Source of the DNA: Dendrobates tinctorius | Lineage: Eukaryota | DNA length: 64,000 nt | Assembly: GCF_039654945.1 (NCBI RefSeq) | Contig: NW_027361838.1 | Coordinates: 434,001 to 498,000, forward strand | Direction of reading: 5' to 3' | Part shown: piece by piece, positions 13,240 through 25,057 of the stretch | Numbering within the stretch: position 1 is the stretch's first letter | Layout of the letters: each line of letters begins with the position of its first letter | Translations under genes and position numbers: made by a program | Notes under the pieces: model-generated | What the model was told of the DNA's origin: nothing | The model's database searches: none | Seen by the model: only the letters and a program-made list of their open reading frames with translations

Positions 13240-14430
13240 CTATATACCATGCTCAGCTGTATCATACCATGCTGGGGGTCTATATACCATGCTCGGCTGT
13301 ATCATACCATGCTGGGGGTCTATATACCATGCTCGGCTGTATCATACCATGCTGGGGGGTCTATATACCATGCTGGGCTGTATTACACCATTCTGGGGGG
13401 GCTATATACCATGCTCGGCTATATTATACCATGCTCAGCTGTATCATACCATGCTGGGGGAGCTATATACCATGCTGGGCCATATTATACCATGCTGGGC
13501 TGTATCATACCATGCTGGCCCGTATTATACTATGCTGGGCTGTATTACACCATTCTGGGGGGGCTATATACCATGCTGGGCTGTAATATATCGTGCTGGG
13601 CTGTATTATACCATTCTGGGGGGCTATATACCATGCTGGGCTGTATTATATCATGCTGGGCTGTATTATACCATTCTGGGGGGCTATATACCATGCTGGG
13701 CTTTATTATACCATTCTGGGGGGCTTTATACCATGCTGGGCTGTATTATACCTTGCTGGGCTGTATTATACCATTCTGGGGGGGCTATATACCGTGCTGG
13801 GCTGTATTATACCATTCTGGGGGGCTATATACCATGCTGGGCTGTATTATACCATTCTGGGGGGCTATTTACCATGCTGGGCTGTATTAGACCATGCTGG
13901 GCTGTATTACACCATTCTGGTGGGGCTATATACCATGCTGGGCTGTATTATACCATTCTGGGGGGGCTGTATACCATGCTGGGCTGTATTATACCTTGCT
14001 GGGCTGTATTATACCATTCTGGGGGGGCTATATACCATGCTGGGCTGTATTATACCATTTGGGGGGGCTATATACCATGCTGGGCTGTATTATACCATTC
14101 TGGGGGGGCTGTATACCATGCTGGGCTGTATTATACCTTGCTGGGCTGTATTATACCATTCTGAGGGGGCTATATACCATGCTGGGCTGTATTATACCAT
14201 TTGGGGGGGCTATATACCATGCTGGGCTGTATTATACCATTCTGGGGGGCTATATACCATGCTGGGCTGTATTATACCTTGCTGGGCTGTATTATACCAT
14301 TCTGGGGGGCTATATACCGTGCTGGGCTGTATTATACTATTCTGGGGGGCCATATACCATGCTGGGCTGTATTATACCAATCTGGGAGGCTATATACCAT
14401 GCTGGGCTGTATTATACCATGCTGGGCTAT
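13240..14430. repeat. Minisatellite of ~20-bp subunits (gctgggctgtattataccat / tctggggggctatataccat)
   Basis: Directly visible tandem array. It continues in diverged form at 17567-18490 beyond the L2 insertion. Confidence 0.95.
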
Positions 14431-17400
14431 ATTATTATTATTATTATTATTTATTGTTATAGCGCCATTTATTCCATGGCGCTTTACATGTGAGGGGGGT
14501 ATACATAAAAACAAGTACAATAATCTTAAACAATACAAGTCATAACTGGTACAGGAGGAGAGAGGACCCTGCCCGCGAGGGCTCACAATCTTCAAGGGAT
14601 GGGTGATAATACAGTAGGCGAGGGTAGAGCTGGTCGTGCAGCGGTTTGGTCGATCGGTGGTTACTGCAGGTTATAGGCTTGTCGGAAGAGGTGGGTCTTC
14701 AGGCTCTTTTTGAAGGTTTCGATGGTAGGTGAGAGTCTGATATGTTGTGGTAGAGAGTTCCAGAGTAGGGGTGATGCGCGAGAGAAATCTTGTATGCGAT
14801 TGTGGGAAGAGGAGATAAGAGGGGAGTAGAGAAGGAGATCTTGTGAGGATCGGAGGTTGCGTGCAGGAAAGTACCGGGAGACGAGGTCACAGATGTATGG
14901 AGGAGACAAGTTGTGGATGGCTTTGTATGTCATGGTTAGGGTTTTGTAATGGAGTCTCTGGGCAATTGGGAGCCAGTGAAGGGATTGACAGAGGGGAGAA
15001 GCTGGGGAATAGCGGGGGGACAGGTGGATTAGTCGGGCAGCAGAGTTTAGAATAGATTGGAGGGGTGCGAGAGTGTTTGAGGGGAGGCCGCAGAGCATGA
15101 GGTTGCAGTAGTCAAGGCGAGAGATGATGAGGGCATGGACTAGGGTTTTTGCAGATTCTTGGGTGAGGAATGAACGGATGCGTGAAATATTTTTGAGTTG
15201 AAGTCGGCAGGAAGTGGAAAGGGTTTGGATATGTGGTTTGAAGGAGAGATCAGCATCAAGGATTACTCCGAGGCAGCGGGCTTGTGGGACTGGGGAGAGT
15301 GGGCAGTCATTTACTGTAATTGATAGGTTCGTAGGGGGGGTCACGTGAGATGGGGGAAAGATGATGAATTCTGTTTTGTCCATGTTGAGTTTCAGATATC
15401 TAGTGGAGAAGAAGGATGAAATAGTGGACAGACATTGAGGGATTCTGGTTAGTAGGGAGGTGATATCTGGTCCAGAGATGTAGATCTGTGTGTCATCAGC
15501 ATAAAGATGATACTGAAAGCCATGAGATTCTATGAGCTGTCCCAGGCCAAAGGTGTAAATAGAGAACAGCAGGGGCCCTAGGACTGAACCTTGTGGGACT
15601 CCGACAGATAGGGGGCGAGGTGAGGAGGTGGTGTGTGAGTGGGAGACGCTGAATGTCCGGTCTGTTAGGTATGATGAGATCCAGGAGAGGGCCAAGTCTG
15701 TGATGCCGAGGGATGAGAGGGTCTGTAATAATAGGGAATGGTCCACTGTGTCAAAGGCAGCCGACAGGTCCAGGAGGAGGAGGACAGAGTAGTGTCGCTT
15801 GCTCTTGGCAGTTAAGAGGTCATTGGTGACCTTAGTAAGGGCAGTTTCAGTGGAGTGGTGTGACCGGAAGCCAGATTGTAAGCGGTCGAAGAGGGAGCAA
15901 GAAGAGAGATGGGAGGACAGTTCAAGGTAGACGTGTTGTTCCAGTAGCTTGGAGGCGTATGGGAGAAGTGATATAGGGCGATAGCTAGATACAGAGGATG
16001 GGTCAAGAGAGGGCTTTTTGAGGATAGGTGTGATGGAGGCATGTTTAAAGCTTGAGGGGAAAACACCAGTTGTTAGTGATAGGTTGAAGAGATGGGTTAG
16101 GGTTGGGATGAAGACTGTGGTGAGGTTTGGGATGAAGTGGGATGGGATCGGGTCGAGTGCACAGGTGGTGAGATGTGATCTTGAGAGTAGAGTGGAGAGT
16201 CGATCTTCTGTAATGGTGGAGAAGTTGGTTTTGAAGGTGGAGGGCTGGGAAGTCGGGAGGAAGGGCTCTGGGGGTTGTTGACCAAAACTGTCCCTGATGT
16301 TATCAATTTTCTGCTTGAAAAATGAGGCAAAGTCTTCAGCTGAGATGAGTGGGGAGGGAGGAGGTGCTGGGGGGCGGAGGAGAGAATTGAAGGTGTTGAA
16401 TAACTGTTTAGGGTTGTGAGACAGGGAGGATATGAGAGATGAGAAGTAGGTTTGTTTAGCTGTGGCGAGTGTGGTCTTGAAAGTAGTGAGGGACTGTTTG
16501 AATGCGATGAAATGCTCGTTGGAGTGGGATCTTTTCCATCTGCGCTCAGCAGCCCTGGAAGCTCGCCTCAGCTCTTTGGTCAGGCTGGTGTGCCAGGGCT
16601 GTCTGTTGATTTTGCGAGTTTTGGTATGTGTAAGTGGGGCAGCGGATTCCAAAGCTACAGCTATTGTGGTGTTATATAGAGCGGCAGCGTCATCCGCATT
16701 GTGTAAGGAACTTATATCTGTAAGAGGGAGGAGGGATTCGGAGAATGAGTGTAGGTCAAGGTGTTTAAGATTCCTGCGAGGGTGTGAAAGTTTGTGGGGT
16801 GGGGATTGTAGACATGGAGTGAAGAGGGAAGAGAATGTGAGCAGGTTGTGGTCAGAGAGAGAAAAAGGTGAGTTAGAGAGGTTAGATAGGGAGCAGAGGC
16901 GGGTGAAGATGAGGTCCAGTGTGTGGCCATCTTTGTGGGTGGCTGTAGAAGACCATTGAGTGAGGCCGAAGGAGGAAGTGAGAGATAGAAGTTTAGTGGC
17001 AGCTGAGAGGGAAGTGTCAATGGGGATGTTGAAGTCGCCCATGATGATAGTAGGGATGTCCGCGGAAAGGAAATGAAGTAACCAGGTGGTGAAGTGGTCA
17101 AAGAAGGTGGTGGCTGGCCCTGGGGGGCGGTAGATGACAGCCAGTTGGAGGTTGGAGGGGGAGTAGATGCGCACAGAGTGCACCTCAAAGGAAGGGAGGG
17201 TAACAGAGGGTGGCAGTGGGATTGGGGTGAAGGAGCAGGTATCTGACAGGAGAAAACCAACTCCTCCACCATGTTTGCTGCTGGGGCGGGGGGTGTGAGA
17301 AAGGTGGAAGCCGCCATACGAAAGTGCAGCAGGAGAGGCTGTGTCAGAAGGGGTGAGCCAGGTTTCGGTGATGGCGAGGAAGGAGAGTTTGGTAGTAACA

Positions 17401-17566
17401 AAAAGATCATGGATGTAGGAAAGCTTGTTGCAGACAGAGCGAGCGTTCCACAGAGCTCCTGTTAGTGGGACTGGGGAAGCGGGGGCTGGGTGAATGGGTA
17501 TAAGGTTGGAGAGGTTACGGAAGGTTGTGATAGAGCGTGGATGGGAGGTAGAAATGACTGTGGGAA
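14431..17566 (-). mobile_element. L2-clade LINE, 5'-truncated just upstream of the ORF2 endonuclease
   Basis: (TAA)n tail at 14431-14450, L2-type 3' UTR, and a complete EN+RT reading frame. Confidence 0.95.
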
Positions 17567-17618
17567 TATACCATGGTGGGCTGGGCTGTATACCATGTGG
17601 TGCTGGGGTATATACCAT
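14661..17618 (-). CDS. L2 ORF2: AP endonuclease plus reverse transcriptase, 985 aa without stops
   Basis: EN motifs WNARS, ITETW, IYRPP, MGDFN, LDL, SDH. RT motifs [27 protein letters not shown]2 C-terminus SRLDYCN and LHWLP. The first ~18 codons come from the minisatellite. Confidence 0.93.
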   Translation of the reverse strand: MVYTPAPHGIQPSPPWYIPTVISTSHPRSITTFRNLSNLIPIHPAPASPVPLTGALWNARSVCNKLSYIHDLFVTTKLSFLAITETWLTPSDTASPAALSYGGFHLSHTPRPSSKHGGGVGFLLSDTCSFTPIPLPPSVTLPSFEVHSVRIYSPSNLQLAVIYRPPGPATTFFDHFTTWLLHFLSADIPTIIMGDFNIPIDTSLSAATKLLSLTSSFGLTQWSSTATHKDGHTLDLIFTRLCSLSNLSNSPFSLSDHNLLTFSSLFTPCLQSPPHKLSHPRRNLKHLDLHSFSESLLPLTDISSLHNADDAAALYNTTIAVALESAAPLTHTKTRKINRQPWHTSLTKELRRASRAAERRWKRSHSNEHFIAFKQSLTTFKTTLATAKQTYFSSLISSLSHNPKQLFNTFNSLLRPPAPPPSPLISAEDFASFFKQKIDNIRDSFGQQPPEPFLPTSQPSTFKTNFSTITEDRLSTLLSRSHLTTCALDPIPSHFIPNLTTVFIPTLTHLFNLSLTTGVFPSSFKHASITPILKKPSLDPSSVSSYRPISLLPYASKLLEQHVYLELSSHLSSCSLFDRLQSGFRSHHSTETALTKVTNDLLTAKSKRHYSVLLLLDLSAAFDTVDHSLLLQTLSSLGITDLALSWISSYLTDRTFSVSHSHTTSSPRPLSVGVPQGSVLGPLLFSIYTFGLGQLIESHGFQYHLYADDTQIYISGPDITSLLTRIPQCLSTISSFFSTRYLKLNMDKTEFIIFPPSHVTPPTNLSITVNDCPLSPVPQARCLGVILDADLSFKPHIQTLSTSCRLQLKNISRIRSFLTQESAKTLVHALIISRLDYCNLMLCGLPSNTLAPLQSILNSAARLIHLSPRYSPASPLCQSLHWLPIAQRLHYKTLTMTYKAIHNLSPPYICDLVSRYFPARNLRSSQDLLLYSPLISSSHNRIQDFSRASPLLWNSLPQHIRLSPTIETFKKSLKTHLFRQAYNLQ

Positions 17619-18490
17619 GTGGTGCTGGGGTATATACCATGTGGTGCCGGGCTATATACCATGTGGTGCTGCCGCATATATACTATGCGGCTGTGTTATA
17701 TACCATGGGGGGTACATTTTACATTATATTCTATAGGGGGGAGGCTGTGTTATATAATATGGGGGCTACATTATATTCTATAGGGAAGTGGGCTGTATTA
17801 TATTCTATTTGGGGCTACATTATATTCTATGGGGGGCTGTATTGTATTTATTATATTCGATGGGGGCTGCATTATACTATATGAGGAGGGCTACATTTTA
17901 TTCTATGGAGGGGCTACATTATACTATATAAGGGTCTGCATTATATCCTATGAGGGGGTTGCCATATATTCTATGGAGGGGCTGCATTATACTATATGGT
18001 GGGTGGGGCTGCATTATATTCTGTGGAGTGGCTGTATTATACTCTGGGGTAGCTGCATGATTCTCTAAGGGTGGCTGTATTATACTATAAGAGGGGAGCT
18101 GCATTATATTCTATGGGGGTTACATTGTATTGTATGGCGGGGCTGCATTATACTCTGTGGGGTGGCTGCATTATGCTCTATTGGGTGGCTGCATTATACT
18201 ATATGTGGGCTGTATTATACTGTATCGAGGATTATGGGGAATACATTATATGAAGAACTATGGGGTGCATTATGCTATGGGAAGTGAATTGTAATACATG
18301 GGTGACTATGGCGGTGCATTATACTATATGGAGAACTGTGAGGAGTGTATTATACTATATGGAGGACTGAGCAGTGTATTTTAATATATGGAGGGCTATG
18401 AGGAGTGTATTATACTATATGGAGGACTGAGGAGTGTATTATACTATATGGAGGACTATGGGGCAGATTATATTATATGGAGGACTATGG
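17567..18490. repeat. Diverged continuation of the hAT-internal minisatellite
   Basis: Units drift from tataccatgtggtgctgggg to gggctgcattatattctat to tattatactatatggaggact. Confidence 0.85.
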
Positions 18491-18544
18491 GGTGTAAACT
18501 GTAGATGTGCTGCTGATAACATGATAGTGTATGGTGATCTGTTA

Positions 18545-18951
18545 GGGTGTGTGCACATGTTGCGGATTAGTCTGTGGCTTTTTCTGCAGAGAATCCATCT
18601 CTTGGCAGAAACCGCAGGGTAAAACACATGCATTTTTCCTGCGGATTCCAAGCATGTGTACAGCGGATTTGATGGAGGTTCTAGTGCGGTTTGGCAGTGC
18701 GGATGAGAGATTGATTGATTTGTATGTCCCGGAACGTACACTGCAGCTGCTATTCCGCAAAAAAAAGAAGTAACATGCTGTGTAAAATAAACCGCAGCAA
18801 ATCTGCGCTGAATTTTCCGCAGCATGTGCACGGCAGATTTGGATTTCCATAGGTTTTCATGGTACTGTAAACTGCATGGAAACTGCTGCGGATCCGCAGG
18901 ACCAAATCCGCTGTGGATCCGCAGCAAAAACCGCAACGTGTGCACATACCC
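18545..18951. mobile_element. Harbinger-type MITE
   Basis: TTA|gggtgtgtgcacatgttgcgg ... ccgcaacgtgtgcacataccc|TTA. Confidence 0.85.
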
Positions 18952-19399
18952 TTAGTGATCCATTAGTGATCGTTCTGTTCCCATCATTCTGTCTCAGACA
19001 GTGGAAAGAGGCCGGGAAACAAGTGTTGAACGACTTCTTCAATTTTGTCGATCACACTCATTTAGAGGCCTGAACTCAGCGCATGTAAATACAATCGAAA
19101 TGCTTCTGTGATGTGCAATATGTTAGCATTTGGGGCCCCATTTTAAACTTTGCCTAGGGCCCCACTTTGCCTAAAACCGGCCCTGTGGACATAGCCTCTT
19201 GCTACACAGGGATATGACACCTTCGTTTTTGCCTTATGTGATATAGGATTACTATATACCCCTGCCTTTTTTTCAACAGACATCACATGTGGAATGTATT
19301 TCTTCACCAATCTGTCTGTCACTTTATGTGCAGCGTGTTTTTACAGGCTGTTCTGTATTGCTGGACAGTTTCTATAAGTGCTGATTATTGTATATCTCT

Positions 19400-19925
19400 T
19401 TGTTAGACACTCTTTGAATATTCTAAGGGGGTATTTACCCATTGGTCTGCTTACTATCAGCTGTTAGTATTTTTTTGACTACGAGATAGGTGTTATGAAG
19501 CTGCATGCTGTGTACCCTTATTTTACTCCCAGATAAGATTTCATTATTGAGGTATTTATACTACGAGATAATTATTGTATATCCATTATATTCCTTTCTA
19601 AGACACTTTTTGAATTTTTTAAGGGGGTATTTACACACTGGTCTGCATGCTAGCAGCTGTCAGTATTTTTTGACTACGAGATAAGTGTTATGAAGCTGCA
19701 TTTTTCATACCCTTACTTGACTCCGAGATAAGATTCCATTATTGGGGTATATATACTATGAGATAATTATTGTATATCCAGTATATTCCTTTGTAAGACG
19801 TTTTTTGAATTTTTGATAGGGGTATTTACTCACTGGTCTGCATACTAGCAGCTGTCAGTGTACCCTTGCTTGACTCTGAGATAAGATTTCATTGTTGCGG
19901 TATTTATTCTACGAGATAAGTTTAC
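19400..19925. repeat. ~195-bp tandem repeat, about 2.7 copies
   Basis: ggggtatttac..ggtctgc recurs at ~19428, 19624 and 19819, with sub-repeats of ctacgagataa. Confidence 0.8.
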
Positions 19926-20780
19926 AGCACTACAGCACTTTTTGAAAGTATTGTTTTTCGGTATCATAGATGTGAGTGTGTTTTTCTTTTTTGTGTCCTT
20001 TTTTATATACGTAGGGTGGTCTACGCCGACGTTGAGCGGGGATGCCATGTCGTCTACAACTAAGGTGCCAACCTCCGCAGTCAGGAAGGGCGGAATTATG
20101 GTTTATTAGGGCATGATAGCCTACTGCCCTTCTGATATATATACACACTCTGAAAATGGATCATACTACTGTGCTGCTTTATTGATTTCGGACCCCCTGG
20201 TATTTAGTGATTTCACATTCTGTGTGTCATTTTTTTAATGACTGAATTAAAAGTTACATTTTAGGGGATTTTTCTTTTGTGCTTTCTGGTATATTATCTG
20301 ATTTTTAAACCCCAGATTATTCTTTTGTTGAGGAATATGCATATACTCTAGATTTCTGCAAATATATTTCTATATTTCTATTTTTCTCACTGCTAAGCTT
20401 TCTGCCTGCCATGCTTGAGGTTGTGAGTTTAAATCCAGGGAAAGACCACACAAAAACGTTCATGCATGCCAATTCAAAAGAAATGTACTCCAGTCAGTGA
20501 CTAAAGTGGTGTAACTTTTCATGAATTTGATGGGCATGCTAAGCCACACCCTGTCCTGCTTGTGCTTTGCAGATGAAAAATCGCAATTCTTTTTAACGCA
20601 ATCCATACCCATAATGTGCTTATAAGTTAGAGAACCTAACAATTATCCTGTTTATTAAATGAGTGTTAAAATTAACAGTTTGTAATAAAGTGCTCGTTAG
20701 CAGGTTGGTTTTTAGTTTACAGAAGAATGTATCTCCTGAACAGTTATAAATTCTTCAGACTGCTTAAAGGTAGGCTCATA

Positions 20781-21293
20781 CAATGAAGGAAATAATTATT
20801 TGATCCCTTGCTGATTTTGTAAGCTTGCCCACTGACAAAGACATGGACAGTCTATGATTTTAAGGGTAGGTTAATTTTAAATTGAGAGATAGAATATCAA
20901 AAATAATATCAAGAAAATCACACTGTATAAATTATGTAAATTTATTTGCATTTTGCAGTAAGAAATAAGTATTTGATCCCTCTGGCAAACAAGACTTAAT
21001 ACTTGGTAGCAAAACTCTTGTTGGCAAGCACAGCAGTCAGATGTTTTTTGTAGTTGATGATGTTTGCACACATGTCAGGAGGAATTTTGGTCCACTCCTC
21101 TTTGCAGGTCATCTCTAAGTCATTAAGATTTTGAGGCTGACGCTTGGCAACTCGGAGCTTCAACTCCCTCCATAAGTTTTTTATGAGAGTAAGGTCGGGA
21201 GACTGGCTAGGCCACTCCATGACCTTAATGTGCTTATTTTTGAGCCACTCCTTTGTTGCCTTGGCTGTATGTTTTGGGTCATTGTCTTCACTG
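20781..21293 (-). mobile_element. Internally deleted Tc1 element: 3' TIR, transposase C-terminus and only ~8 bp of the other end
   Basis: TA flanks on both sides. ORF 20996-21220 reads EWPSQSPDL...FATKY. Ends cttcactg|TA. Confidence 0.85.
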
Positions 21294-21381
21294 TATGTCT
21301 ATAGTCAAAAGTAGGAATAGACATAAAGTGGTGGGGTTTATAGCATCATTGTATGTGTACAAATCACATGTCCTCATATAA

Positions 21382-21816
21382 AGGCCCCGTTACACATAAC
21401 GATGTCCCAGCGGTCCCACCAACGATCCGTCATGGATGGGATCTCTGGGACATGTTAGGCTGATTGCTGGTGAGCTGTCACATAGACAGCCCCTCCAGCG
21501 ATCAGGACCAGCGAGCAAGCTGGTTTCCAAGGTAAACATCGGGTTTCTAAGAGCCGTACGGCTCTTAGAAACCTGATGTTTACGTTGGATACCAGCGTGC
21601 AGCATCACTGATCACTGGCTCCCGCTGCCACATGCAGCGATGTGTGCTGGCCAGCGGGAGACCAGAGATGAAAAAACATCCCATGACGTTCAGCAATATC
21701 CGGCGTGGGGGCCGGTCGCTGCTGGATGTCACACACAGCGATATCGCTGGAGAGATCGCTGATGTGTCACAAACTCAGCGATCTCACCAGCGATATCGCT
21801 GTGTGTAACGCGGCCT
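21382..21816. mobile_element. Harbinger-type palindromic MITE
   Basis: aggccccgttacaca ... tgtgtaacgcggcct with TAA/TTA flanks. Confidence 0.8.
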
Positions 21817-22646
21817 TTATGTTAAAGATGGTAATGCACATAAAGAACCACAGTAACATGCCACTGTCACCATATAAAAATGGATTCAAAGAAAATTCAA
21901 GTGCTACCAGCCAAAATATATTAACTGTGTATAAATAAATGTTGCACTGTGCTTAAGCCTACACTGCCTAAGAGTATAACAAATGTTTGTTATGAACGAG
22001 TGTCAGCCATATAACTTTGATCACTACGCAGTGCCCAAACTGACTGTCGACTCTCCCAACCTGAATATGTCAGCAGGTATTTCTATGCAGCTGTCATGCT
22101 CCTGTCGGGTGAGCCATCGGCCAGTCTCAGCATTGCGCTCAATCCCCATTTGAGATATACGGCCATATGACTCTTCCCTAATGATGACTAATTGTAAATA
22201 AAGCTGTCTTTAATTGAAAAGCTGCTGTCTCCTAGCCTTTATAGGTATAGGCTTTTGACACACTAACACTGAAACTTCTTGGGACTCCCAGCTTACAGTT
22301 GCAGGTGGTCCTGAGCTTGTAACCTTATACCAATTCACCTCTCACTATTGGGCTGTGGTATAAGAAGTTCTATTGCCTCCATCTCAGTGTTTGCTTTTTT
22401 AATTCACCTTCAAGATCTTAATGCCAGGGTATTCTCTGGTGCCCTTATTGACAATAAGTGTGTTTCCTCTACTATTATCAGTCATTTGCTGAGTGTTTTT
22501 TTCTACACACATGTACAATACAAAATAAATTTGTGGTACCGTATTAGCCAGAAAAATAGATGTAAATACTTATGTCCCTCCAAAAAAATTGAGAAAAGTA
22601 TTCAAGGTGTGATACCTTTATTGGCTAACCAGAGAAATTATATTTG

Positions 22647-22689
22647 CAAGCAAGCTTTCAGGGCTCAAAAGGCCCCTTCATCAGGCTTG
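22647..22689 (-). ncRNA. Minimal type I hammerhead ribozyme motif (Penelope pLTR)
   Basis: Reverse complement of the motif at 23838-23880. Confidence 0.75.
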
Positions 22690-22830
22690 ATTACAAGTGA
22701 ATTACTGAGAAAAGATGGCAACATTTAAATAGGAATTACAACAGGACATGAGATGGTGCTAGCTATAGACAGGCCAAGGAAATCAAATTAAGGTTTTTGT
22801 TACACATGCAGATGAGGACCAAGTGTTCTA

Positions 22831-23273
22831 TTAGAGATCTGAAGACCTTCTTGTGGAGGTGTGAACTGTGTTCATGTAATGAGTCATGAACCCAGGTGTC
22901 AAATTCAGTCCTATTGTTAGCGATTGGAACATATTTATAAATTTAAACTCCCAAATCTTCCTTTCTCTGTCACTATTAAAATGACCTTTCAATATTAGGA
23001 CTTTTAGATCTGCCAAGCTGTGTCCAGGTCTAGAGAAGTGTATCCCTACAGGTGTGTCCAGCTCATTTTTTATCGTATGTCTATGCAGATTCATCCTTGT
23101 TTGTAGTTTTTGCTTAGTTTCCCCGATGTATGTCCCTGCATTCCACCTTGTACACTGTATCATGTACACGACATTGGAGGATGTACATGAAAAAGAGTCC
23201 ACGATCTTATAGTCCTGATTTGTGTTTGGTATGGGGACTTTATCTATTGGTGATATGTGGGTGCAGGTCTTGC
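22831..23273 (-). CDS. Penelope GIY-YIG endonuclease domain (truncated C-terminal fragment)
   Basis: FSCTSSNVVYMIQC...YIGETKQKLQTRMNLHR...HF...RKIWE...GLN is the typical PLE GIY-YIG pattern. Confidence 0.9.
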
Positions 23274-23283
23274 TTAGGTAGGT

Positions 23284-23696
23284 GCAAGACCTGCACCCAC
23301 ATATCACCAATAGATAAAGTCCCCATACCAAACACAAATCAGGACTATAAGATCATGGACTCTTTTTCATGTAAATCCTCCAATGTCGTGTACATGATAC
23401 AGTGTACAACTAAGCAAAAACTACAAACAAGGATGAATCTGCATAGACATACGATAAAAAATGAGCTGGACACACCTGTAGGGATACACTTCTCTAGACC
23501 TGGACACAGCTTGGCAGATCTAAAAGTCCTAATATTGAAAGGTCATTTTAATAGTGACAGAGAAAGGAAGATTTGGGAGTTTAAATTTATAAATATGTTC
23601 CAATCGCTAACAATAGGACTGAATTTGACACCTGGGTTCATGACTCATTACATGAACACAGTTCACACCTCCACAAGAAGGTCTTCAGATCTCTAA
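23284..23696 (+). pseudogene. Inverted copy of the Penelope GIY-YIG fragment with an in-frame deletion removing the YIG motif
   Basis: Reads VYMIQCTTKQKL versus VYMIQCTRWNAGTYIGETKQKL in the other arm (10 codons lost). Confidence 0.88.
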
Positions 23697-23837
23697 TAGA
23701 ACACTTGGTCCTCATCTGCATGTGTAACAAAAACCTTAATTTGATTTCCTTGGCCTGTCTATAGCTAGCATCATCTCATGTCCTGTTGTAATTCCTATTT
23801 AAATGTTGCCATCTTTTCTCAGTAATTCACTTGTAAT

Positions 23838-23880
23838 CAAGCCTGATGAAGGGGCCTTTTGAGCCCTGAAAGCTTGCTTG
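23838..23880 (+). ncRNA. Minimal type I hammerhead ribozyme motif (Penelope pLTR)
   Basis: caagc-CTGATGA-aggg(gccttttgag)ccct-GAAA-g/c-TT-gcttg. Stem I is caagc/gcttg, stem III is the palindrome AAGCTT, and the predicted cleavage triplet is CUU. Confidence 0.78.
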
Positions 23881-24670
23881 CAAATATAATTTCTCTGGTT
23901 AGCCAATAAAGGTATCACACCTTGAATACTTTTCTCAATTTTTTTGGGGGGGACATAAGTATTTACATCTATTTCTACACACATGTGATTATTTTTTCTA
24001 CACACATGTGATTATCTACTATATATTTGCATACTCGGCAAAATATATTATTTGCACTTAGAGATGAGAGGATCAATTTGCGGGACTCCAATCCGGCATC
24101 CAGGCTGCTAGATGAGAGGTTCGCAAATTTCTTACCTTCCAGCATCCTTGGTGCACATTTAACTTGTCAGGGCAGGCACAATGTCATCTGTGCAACATGA
24201 TGCATAGATGACATTGTGCCAGCCTTGGCTAATCTAAAGCTGTGCCGGGACGTAGGAAGTTAAAATATTGACGGGCCTCTTATCTAACTGCCAAGCGCCA
24301 CTGACCTGGAAGCTGGATCGGAGTCCCAAGAATCTACGCTTGCACTGATTTCTTAACTAGCTAATTAAATTATTATACTAGTGTACACTAAAACTTAACT
24401 GAACTTTTTGCTCACTTGAATCTAATATGCTTTCTTGCATGTATACCTTGCTACATTTTTAGAAAAATCAATAAAAAGTCAACAAATAAAAATAAAAAGT
24501 AACATTGATGTTAACTGACCGCTGAAGCTCTTCAAATAGCGTTCTTCCTAAGGTATAAAAGCCAATACCTGATAGGTTGAGGAAGCCACCCTAGACAGCA
24601 TGCATTTTGCTTTTACTTGCCTTGCTTCATCAAATGCAGGGACAAATGGAAATTAGTTGTACACTCTGTC

Positions 24671-25057
24671 GTCCTGATTCATGAAAGTATTTTCTCTAAA
24701 AATCTGGCTTAAAACACTTTGATGGGTCACAACATTTTTGCAACTTTTGACATTTTCATGCCAGTTTCACCCTGTTCCATCAAATTGTGTGGAGCAGAGA
24801 CAAGAGCAGAACTGGAGCCTGACTTCACAACTGGTCTAGTCAATGACAAGCTGTGGCATAACTTATGCCAGAAATCTTTCTCCAGTGCTTGAGTGGAGAA
24901 AGATTTGTGGTGAGGCACACATAGGCGCACACCACTTTTTAAACTTGCCGGATTCATTAAGAGGTGCGAGCCTCTTAATGAATCTGGAGCATCTGACTCC
25001 AGCAAGCCCCCTCATGAAGTCCGTTATGAATAAAGACAGTCTTGATGAATCAGGGCC
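24671..25057. mobile_element. Harbinger-like MITE
   Basis: Imperfect TIRs gtcctgattcatgaa / ttgatgaatcagggcc. Internal hairpin at ~24950-24986. Confidence 0.55.

Larger units (their letters stand above)
12843..19185. mobile_element. Non-autonomous hAT-like element carrying a minisatellite, an L2 and a MITE
   Basis: TIRs CAGGGCCGG...CCGGCCCTG. Direct repeat tggaca at 12837-12842 and 19186-19191. Confidence 0.8.
12550..20331. mobile_element. Non-coding Penelope-type insertion with ~100-bp inverted ends, host to a nested hAT-like element
   Basis: 12550-12648 is inverted at ~20192-20292. The 16-bp direct repeat ggaatatgcatatact flanks it (12534-12549 and 20332-20347). The Penelope assignment is inferred from architecture only. 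Confidence 0.6.
22515..23974. mobile_element. Penelope-like retroelement 3' end present as a foldback (inverted duplication)
   Basis: Arms 22554-23273 and 23284-23974 are near-identical inverted copies around a 10-nt loop. Each has GIY-YIG coding sequence and a hammerhead. Flanked by tttctacacacatgt (22500-22514; 23972-23986; 23995-24009). Confidence 0.9.

Noticed and set aside
13088-14545. Long overlapping ORFs of up to 358 aa
   Set aside because: Translations of a stop-poor minisatellite, open in all three frames.
22261-22330. Twister ribozyme-like fragments (taacactg ... ggtcctgagc)
   Set aside because: The required stems and 3' GAGGG pseudoknot partner are absent.
24590-24640. Very degenerate minus-strand hammerhead-like string
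   Set aside because: Both core halves are mutated and stem I is not evident.
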